NCBI GenBank assembly: GCA_052168235.1
Contig: JBQLZK010000006.1
Coordinates: 32,001-96,000, forward strand
Length of the DNA stretch: 64,000 nucleotides
From: Thainema sp.
Lineage (GTDB): Bacteria; Cyanobacteriota; Cyanobacteriia; Phormidesmidales; Phormidesmidaceae
Direction of reading: 5' to 3'
Part shown: in pieces, positions 57,583 to 64,000 of the stretch
How positions within the stretch are numbered: the first letter of the stretch is position 1
How the letters are laid out: each line of letters opens with the position of its first letter
The notes under the pieces: generated by a model
What the model was told of the DNA's origin: nothing
Databases searched by the model: none
Seen by the model: only the letters and a program-made list of their open reading frames with translations
Position numbers and translations under genes: made by a program

Positions 57583-59292
57583 TTACGAGGTAGAAGTCCT
57601 TGTATCGGAAATATACCAAGTTAGCAGTCCGCCTGTGAGCACGATGGTGGCTAATCCCAGCAAAACGGGTTCTAATCCCCAAAGGGTTTCGGCTACACCT
57701 GCCAGCGCTAACGGCAGACTCAGCGCGATATTCACGGCATTATTTTGCAGGCCAAAGATTTTACCCCGCATTGCTTCCGGCGTTTCTTCCTGAATGGTGG
57801 TCTGCATGGGAATGCCAATAATGGCGGCGAAGGTGCCCAGGATGCCAATCAGAATTAGTGCAGGCCAGAGTCGTTCAGTGTAGTAGGCCAATCCACTTAA
57901 TGATGCAGCCATGCCAATCGAACCGTAGAGGCTGAGCTGCGATCGCGAAAATTTCTGGCCGAACTGGCCAATAACACCTGCACCTACGGCCATACCTGCG
58001 CCCGCAGCGGCCAGCAGGAAACCAAATTGAGACGAGCTGATTTCCGGTATCACTTCCGCTAAGCGCACCGCCAGTACAGCCAATGCCGCAAACACGGAGA
58101 ACAGCAAAACGAGCTGAATAATCGCGTTACGCACCAGGGGTTGCTTGCCGAGATAGCGCAAGCCATCGCGAATATCGGCCCAAACGTGGGGTTGCTCTTG
58201 ATCGCGGTGTTGAGCCTTCTCGCCTGTGTTGATAATAACTAAGATTAAACCTGCGATCGCATAGCTGCCGCCCACCAGTAGTTCTTTACCAATGCCGCTA
58301 CCGCCATCCAGCTTATCCAGCCACAGATCGGCCACTTCTAACAGCGGTTCGCCAATGGCAAAGCCGATGATCACCGACGCCATCATTGTCGTCGTGTAGA
58401 GCGAATTGGCCGAGAGTAAATTTTGGCGCTTGACGATCAGGGGAATGGCCGACTGCTCAGCGGGGGCAAAAAACTGGGTCAGGGTGGATACCAGGAACGT
58501 AATCACCAGCATCAGGCAAAAACCGATGGGCAAACCTGCGATCGCACCCCAGTCCTGGGACAGCCACAGCAGGAACGGCAGTGCCAGCACGAGTACGCCT
58601 CGCACTAAGTTGGTGGCTACGAGTACCCCTTTCTTAGGCCAGCGGTCAACGTACACCCCCGCAATGGAGCCAAACAGCACGGCTGGAATCGTAAACGCAA
58701 TCATAATCGCCGAAACCCAACCGCTAATCGTCTGGTCAGCGGCCTGGAATCGAGTGGAAATCAGCGCAATCATCAGCACCAGGTAAACCTTATCGGCTAA
58801 TTGCGAGAAAACCTGGCCGCTCCAAAGGGCTAAAAAATTGCGATTTTTTAAGACAGCCAGAAAGCCACTGGATTCCGTTAAGTTGGTTACAACGTCCGAA
58901 GCCGGTTCTGTCGGGGGGGCTGAAGGGTGATGGCCGTTGCCGTCGTCTCTATTCTGAGCGACAGCTGGCTGCTGTTTTTTATGGGTAGGTTGAACCTCTG
59001 CAGTCGCTTTAGATTTGGCAGAAGCTGCCGCTGATACAGTCTTGGAATCTGGCGTGGCTGATTTTGAATGATCGGACTTGCTCGGCGATCGGTTGGGATT
59101 GGTATTTGAACGAGGGGATTGGGGCGGTGATGCAAAACGGCTGGGCGAGGATGGTTTGGTTGTTGAGAACGAATGATCAGAAAAGCGGTCGGATTCGAAG
59201 TCTGGCGACGAATCTAGCTCACCCCGCCGATTGGAGACTGCTCCACGGGTTGAACGGGTCTGTTTAGACTCTGAATCAAACAATTGCATCAC
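57583..59292 (-). CDS. MFS transporter with disordered N-terminal extension
   Basis: NRNFLALWSGQVFSQLAD, AGVYVDRWPKK, many TM helices. Confidence 0.92.
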   Translation of the reverse strand: MMQLFDSESKQTRSTRGAVSNRRGELDSSPDFESDRFSDHSFSTTKPSSPSRFASPPQSPRSNTNPNRSPSKSDHSKSATPDSKTVSAAASAKSKATAEVQPTHKKQQPAVAQNRDDGNGHHPSAPPTEPASDVVTNLTESSGFLAVLKNRNFLALWSGQVFSQLADKVYLVLMIALISTRFQAADQTISGWVSAIMIAFTIPAVLFGSIAGVYVDRWPKKGVLVATNLVRGVLVLALPFLLWLSQDWGAIAGLPIGFCLMLVITFLVSTLTQFFAPAEQSAIPLIVKRQNLLSANSLYTTTMMASVIIGFAIGEPLLEVADLWLDKLDGGSGIGKELLVGGSYAIAGLILVIINTGEKAQHRDQEQPHVWADIRDGLRYLGKQPLVRNAIIQLVLLFSVFAALAVLAVRLAEVIPEISSSQFGFLLAAAGAGMAVGAGVIGQFGQKFSRSQLSLYGSIGMAASLSGLAYYTERLWPALILIGILGTFAAIIGIPMQTTIQEETPEAMRGKIFGLQNNAVNIALSLPLALAGVAETLWGLEPVLLGLATIVLTGGLLTWYISDTRTSTS

Positions 59293-59415
59293 CGAAATAT
59301 AATATGCGACAGATGAGTTAATGATTGCCTGCCAGCATGACCTGTAGACAGCGCCATGACTGACAATACTTTTTAGAAAATCAAATCATTGAAAGAAATT
59401 TATCCTCTTCCATGA

Positions 59416-60453
59416 TTATGGGGGATTCACGGACTTTGTGACATAGGGTAAGAAACAAGTTTCAACGAGCGCAGCGGAACGAATCGGCTGCTCAAAGTGA
59501 TACTGAGCGTATTTGCGCAAAAGCTGCTCCATTTTGAGCCAGTCTGGGCCACGGCAGCTAAAGCGAGCGCGCAGTTCAGTTGCCACTGCCGCTAAAGAAA
59601 TAGATTCGCTTAGCTCGGTTTGGGCCATTTCCTGCAAGATTTTGAGTTCGCGTGCATTGAGACGATAATCAACGTCGGCGAGCGGCTGAGCGTGATGCTC
59701 AGTTTGATACCGCCCTGCGCCTTCAGCTGCGATCGCAGATGGCATGGCAGATGCTGTAGATCTGGTAACGGCTTGAGTGGCTGGGATGGATGTGCGATCG
59801 CGACTCACAGCTCGACGATTGGTGCGGACAGGACTGCTCATGCCTGCTGCCTGCATTCGCTGATATCGCTCAGCTTCAAGCTGATCCAAGGCAGGCAGAC
59901 TCAGTACGCCGCCCGCCGCCACGCTGAATCCGGCTTGCCAATCTGGGAGATCAAAATCCGGCACAATCGGTTCCTGCGTCATGCAGCAGTCAAAAATCTG
60001 TGGCTCTACCCCAGCCATCAGCAGCAAGTGAAAAACGCCATGTACCAAGTACACCAGGCTGGTTGCTGAAGATGCCTGCTCAATCTGTTGCAAGTACTGC
60101 TGTAGCCGCTCAAATAAGTCTTCTTGAGGCTGATCACTCAGCGCCTGATAGAGCACTAGCTCAGCCAAGTACTGGCTAACCGTCAGCTTGCACAAGTCCT
60201 GACTCAGCCCCGGATAAGAAGTCACCGTTTCAGCCTGGATAATCTTGTCGAGACTTTTACCTTTAACAATTAGAAGCTGATTGACCACAAACAGCCCACT
60301 GCGGGCACTGAGGCGGGAATTGTGCTTGCGCGATCCGGGTGCGATCGCACGCAGCAGCCCGTGTTCTAGTGTCAGTACCGTCAGCAATCGATCATACTCA
60401 CCAAAGGGTATGCTTCTCAGATTGATACCAGTTGCTTTGTATGTTCGACTCAT
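59416..60453 (-). CDS. recO: DNA repair protein RecO
   Basis: YKATGINL...GEYDRLLTVLT.EHGL.RAIAPGSRK. Confidence 0.93.
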   Translation of the reverse strand: MSRTYKATGINLRSIPFGEYDRLLTVLTLEHGLLRAIAPGSRKHNSRLSARSGLFVVNQLLIVKGKSLDKIIQAETVTSYPGLSQDLCKLTVSQYLAELVLYQALSDQPQEDLFERLQQYLQQIEQASSATSLVYLVHGVFHLLLMAGVEPQIFDCCMTQEPIVPDFDLPDWQAGFSVAAGGVLSLPALDQLEAERYQRMQAAGMSSPVRTNRRAVSRDRTSIPATQAVTRSTASAMPSAIAAEGAGRYQTEHHAQPLADVDYRLNARELKILQEMAQTELSESISLAAVATELRARFSCRGPDWLKMEQLLRKYAQYHFEQPIRSAALVETCFLPYVTKSVNPP

Positions 60454-60484
60454 GAATAGATGGAGAGGGGCTTAACTTTTACTG

Positions 60485-61177
60485 TTACTGTTCCTCGCGT
60501 TCTTCTTTTACATTATCGCGCGAACGAATCAAGTCGGGGCCACGGGATGTGCCCAGTCGAGTGGCTCCGGCCAAAATTAAATCGGTGGCCTGCTGATAGG
60601 TGCGGATGCCGCCCGATGCTTTGATGCCAATGCGACCTTTCGTCAAATCATACAGAAAACGAACATCGGCAATGGTGGCCCCACCATACCAACCCGTGCT
60701 GGTCTTCAAAAAGCTGACGCCTGCGTCCAAGCACAATTCTGCGGCCAGCTGCTTCTCTGGAGGTGTCAATAGGGTCGTTTCCAAAATAGCCTTGACCACA
60801 ACGCCCGTCGCATCACAGATTTCTGCGATTTCGCGATGCACTTTATCGGCTAGTCCGGCTTTCACCCAGCCTAAGTTAATCACCACATCCAGCTCGGCTG
60901 CGCCATACTCAACGGCTTCCTGCGCTTCATATAGCTTAGTAGCTGACGTTGAGGCTCCTAGCGGAAACCCAATGACGGTGCACACTTTAGGCGCTTTACC
61001 GTGCAATAGCGTGGCGGCCTGCTGGACGTGGGCGGGTAAGACGCACACGGCAGCAAACCGAAACCGCTCGCTTTCGGCGCAGCACTGCTCAACTTGCTCC
61101 GGCGTTGCTGTCGGAATCAGCAGGGCATGGTCAATAAATGGAGCAATATCGATTTCGGCAGCAGCACCAATAGCCAT
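60485..61177 (-). CDS. deoC: Deoxyribose-phosphate aldolase
   Basis: [41 protein letters not shown]. Confidence 0.96.
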   Translation of the reverse strand: MAIGAAAEIDIAPFIDHALLIPTATPEQVEQCCAESERFRFAAVCVLPAHVQQAATLLHGKAPKVCTVIGFPLGASTSATKLYEAQEAVEYGAAELDVVINLGWVKAGLADKVHREIAEICDATGVVVKAILETTLLTPPEKQLAAELCLDAGVSFLKTSTGWYGGATIADVRFLYDLTKGRIGIKASGGIRTYQQATDLILAGATRLGTSRGPDLIRSRDNVKEEREEQ

Positions 61178-61510
61178 AGTGATTTACACAGGTGAACTTA
61201 CACGGATAAAAGACTTATTCTCACTTCTACCAAATATTTTCATGAAATTTAAACTTTTCTCATCTAAATCACGCTGAGGGTAGAGTTCGTTCTGCGATCG
61301 CACCCCAAAAATCCGGGTTTTTCCTGAAGCAGATTTTACTCGCTATCTGCTATGACCTGATTTATTCTTCTGATGTAGCATTTAATACGAATGCGAAAAA
61401 CCGAAAATTTACATGCCAGAAAGCCATCTTAATTGAATAAATACTTCAAAATTTGGCAGGCTACCTAAGATGGTAGATAGAGAGATTCCCGGAATGGACG
61501 GCTAGAAGGT

Positions 61511-62041
61511 ATGAAAAATCAAGAATATACGGCGGCAAGGCGGCATGATCCAGCCCATCAGGCAGAACAGCCAGATGTCGAGATTTTGGGTAAAACGGGT
61601 CAAACCGTCATCTATGTTTTCCCCAGTGGAAATGCTCAAGTTAAACGTGGTCAGGTTCCCAGTGAACATCGCGAGTCGCAGCCTAAGACAGAATCGCCGT
61701 CACCCGCTTCTTCAACTTCACCCGCTCAGTTAGCTATCCCTGCTCACACAACCCCCACTCAGATAGTACCCGTTCAGACAGTACCCATTCAGACAGCATC
61801 ACTGGCTCAACCAGCTCCCGGCTCTCAATCACAGTTGAATTATCAAGTTCATCATCAACCTGAAAGTCAAACTCAAAGTCCTGCAAATGCCATTGAACAA
61901 CCGGTGCAGGCGGGTTTACTGAGTGCTGTGCAGAAAGAGGTAGTGCAGTATGATCAAGCCGCAACCGGCATGGCGATCGAAGAAATCCTGGTCGCTCGCG
62001 GCTGGTTCAATGAGGCAACAATGGCGGCATTTTTGAATTAG
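61511..62041 (+). CDS. Hypothetical protein with degenerate MshEN-like C-terminus
   Basis: Pro/Gln-rich middle; QAGLLSAVQKEVVQYDQ..GMAIEEILVARGW. Confidence 0.65.
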   Translation: MKNQEYTAARRHDPAHQAEQPDVEILGKTGQTVIYVFPSGNAQVKRGQVPSEHRESQPKTESPSPASSTSPAQLAIPAHTTPTQIVPVQTVPIQTASLAQPAPGSQSQLNYQVHHQPESQTQSPANAIEQPVQAGLLSAVQKEVVQYDQAATGMAIEEILVARGWFNEATMAAFLN

Positions 62042-62075
62042 TACTTGCCATCGTTAAGGGTTAGGACTCCAATGA

Positions 62076-63044
62076 TTAAGGCTCAAGCCACTCAATTTGA
62101 GCCGCTTTTTCGGGTAGCTTAGCCTGTCGCTGCCCCTGCGATCGCGCATTGGCACATAGGAGCGATACCGGAGTACCCAGCCAGTCCGCTCGGGTCGCTC
62201 GGCCTGTAGTGCTCTTGAGCAAACCTTTGGGTAGTTCTTTGAGCAGCCAGCGGCCCACACTATGTAGATATTCCTGCTGAGTTAAATCCCGCATCAGATC
62301 AACCTCGTGCAGTTCATGCAGGTAGCGATTGGAGCGTCCATAGCGCCGCCATTGGCTCACTAGGTCAGACAAATTAGAGCGATGGCGATGGCGCACAACC
62401 GCATCTGGCTGGAACTCAATTCGCCAGTCTCCTGTTTGCAGCACCCGCCAACAGAGATCGGCATCGCCACCTGTCGTTAAATAGGGCCGAAATAGCCCTG
62501 CTTGCTCGAATGCGGCCCGACGCACAGCTAGATTGGCCGTTTGACCATAGGGCAAAAATGAATGGGCCAGCGTATGCTTCTGCGACAGCGTTTCCTGCTG
62601 CTCAGCATGGTGCTCCAGCCAGGTTTGGCCCGGTAGGGCTTTAATTTCGCCTGCGACCAACCCAACTTGTGGATCGGCAAACGGCTGCACCATGCGCTCA
62701 ACCCAATCGGGCTGAGGCCGACAGTCGGCATCGGTAAAAATTAGAATTTCACCCGCTGCGGCGCGGATGCCAGCATTGCGGGCGGCGTAAGAACTTTGAA
62801 TATTAGGTTCGCTCAAAACGTGTAGCGTCCAGCCCAATTCCTGGAATTGGGATTGGGCAATTTTGAGCTGTTCCAAGGTGCGATCGCAACTGCCGTTATC
62901 GACCAGGCAATATTCAACCGCTGATTGGGGATAGGATTGCGATCGCAGCCCTGCTAGCAGATCGGGTAAATCCGCTTCTCCGTTGTAAATGGGAATGATG
63001 ACGGAAGCCTGCACTTGAGTTAAAGCCGCATTTGAAACTGCCAC
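62076..63044 (-). CDS. Glycosyltransferase family 2
   Basis: SVIIPIYN, VDNGSCD, ARNAGI, FTDADC. Confidence 0.93.
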   Translation of the reverse strand: MAVSNAALTQVQASVIIPIYNGEADLPDLLAGLRSQSYPQSAVEYCLVDNGSCDRTLEQLKIAQSQFQELGWTLHVLSEPNIQSSYAARNAGIRAAAGEILIFTDADCRPQPDWVERMVQPFADPQVGLVAGEIKALPGQTWLEHHAEQQETLSQKHTLAHSFLPYGQTANLAVRRAAFEQAGLFRPYLTTGGDADLCWRVLQTGDWRIEFQPDAVVRHRHRSNLSDLVSQWRRYGRSNRYLHELHEVDLMRDLTQQEYLHSVGRWLLKELPKGLLKSTTGRATRADWLGTPVSLLCANARSQGQRQAKLPEKAAQIEWLEP

Positions 63045-63182
63045 GTTTGCTATCCTTCAGCCCATCTGTTCACATCTTCCATAGAGTGCCCATCTGCAAC
63101 TGGTATTTTGATCCTTGCCCGAACGAATCATCTCATACTGGTTCTCACTTGACATCTTGCCAAACCAGTACCCCAACCCGCA

Positions 63183-63280
63183 CTAGTGCTGTGTCAGGTT
63201 TGGATTGAGGGTTGAGGAGTCGCGCCTTGCGCGACTCCTCAACCCTGGGAACTATCAAAACAAAGCTGACAGACTACTAG
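63183..63280. mobile_element. 98-bp MITE-like element
   Basis: CTAG-ended imperfect terminal inverted repeats (CTAGTGCTGTGTCAGGTTTG / CAAAGCTGACAGACTACTAG) and internal hairpin AGGGTTGAGGAGTCGCGC-CTT-reverse complement. Confidence 0.65.
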
Positions 63281-63664
63281 ATATAGCGTGTAATATCGAA
63301 TGCGCATGATTAACCATGCCCAATAGAATGATTCATTGCTGTGACTATTGACCGAACTAACAGCGAAACAGATTACTTAGTGCGGGAGATAACGTTTTAG
63401 ACGCTATTTGTCAGGATAAGAGTGTTCGGTTGCTGCAAACCAGCGAATGACAAGGTTGTGGCAGTGTTCAGATTTTTCTATATCCTTCTTTTTGACCTTG
63501 AGTTTGTTGCACCTAGCTTGGACAAATGCTGGTGTTTTTCCATCAGGTTTGAGCAGAGAAGTTCGAGTGGAAAATTCTGAGTACTGGCTACATTACACAT
63601 TGCTCGAAATGTCTAGTCATGAGCAGTTCAGGCCAACTAAACGACGCAGATTAGGAGACTACAT

Positions 63665-64000
63665 ATGAAACGCCTATTTATCGGAATACTTTCTGTACTT
63701 GCTGTAGCAGGTACTGCGACAGCAGTTAAAGCAGAACAGGATACCCAAGTTTATGGTGATCCATCTGATGGTGGCCCAGGTTATACCTATGACACCCCCA
63801 ACGTAGATGATGCCAACACGGGTGACAACTACGAGATGGATTCTAATACGCCCAGCGTCTACGATGATTTCTCTCGTCGTGACGAGGCAAACGACATGTC
63901 TGGCTATCGCACCAGCCCGTTTGAGCTAACCTACCTTGCTTACAGCGGCTATCTGGAAGACCAAGGCATTGAAAGCTACAGCACGCTGCTGCAAAACATT
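63665..64000 (+). CDS. Secreted hypothetical protein (partial; runs off the window)
   Basis: My translation: MKRLFIGILSVLAVAGTATAVKA-EQ... then SPFELTYLAYSGYLEDQGI; open to the window end. Confidence 0.75.
   Translation, partial: MKRLFIGILSVLAVAGTATAVKAEQDTQVYGDPSDGGPGYTYDTPNVDDANTGDNYEMDSNTPSVYDDFSRRDEANDMSGYRTSPFELTYLAYSGYLEDQGIESYSTLLQNI

Larger units (their letters stand above)
1..64000. repeat. HIP1 octamer GCGATCGC dispersed across the window
   Basis: Dozens of copies seen, e.g. at about 9, 213, 464, 4025, 5795; diagnostic of cyanobacteria. Confidence 0.97.

Noticed and set aside
60600..61277. 225-aa plus-strand ORF
   Set aside because: Antisense shadow of deoC with no recognisable motifs

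Overview
Chromosomal window from a cyanobacterium: the HIP1 octamer GCGATCGC is dense, and cyanobacterial core genes such as dgdA, rre1/ycf29 and a dnaK2-type chaperone are present; probably a filamentous Leptolyngbya/Nodosilinea-like strain (inference). Positions 1-5.5 kb hold a wrecked DNA-phosphorothioation (dnd) locus. A 5'-truncated dndD and a 3'-truncated PLD-helicase bracket an AT-rich block with a stand-alone sulfur-binding-domain (SBD) gene, an SBD-HNH nuclease, an XRE regulator and two antitoxins whose toxins are cut off. The 5.6-35 kb stretch is mostly housekeeping and accessory genes: GT4, formamidase fmdA/fmdB, yefM-yoeB, solo Cas4-like nuclease, PIN/TRAM, hemW, dnaK, sbcD, Na+/H+ antiporter, metallophosphoesterase, SMI1/KNR4, two Uma2 genes, a vanadium haloperoxidase, rre1 and a WG-repeat protein. 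At 35-38 kb lies an unassigned 961-aa secreted protein. At 38.5-49.5 kb is the baseplate and membrane-anchor half of a contractile injection system, with no tube, sheath or spike genes in the window. The 50-64 kb stretch has toxin-antitoxin modules, a spore-photoproduct-lyase-like gene paired with uvsE, then dgdA, MFS, recO, deoC and GT2. Intergenic spaces carry many palindromic or MITE-like elements. No rRNA, tRNA or CRISPR array was recognised. All calls come from motif recognition by eye; no searches were run.
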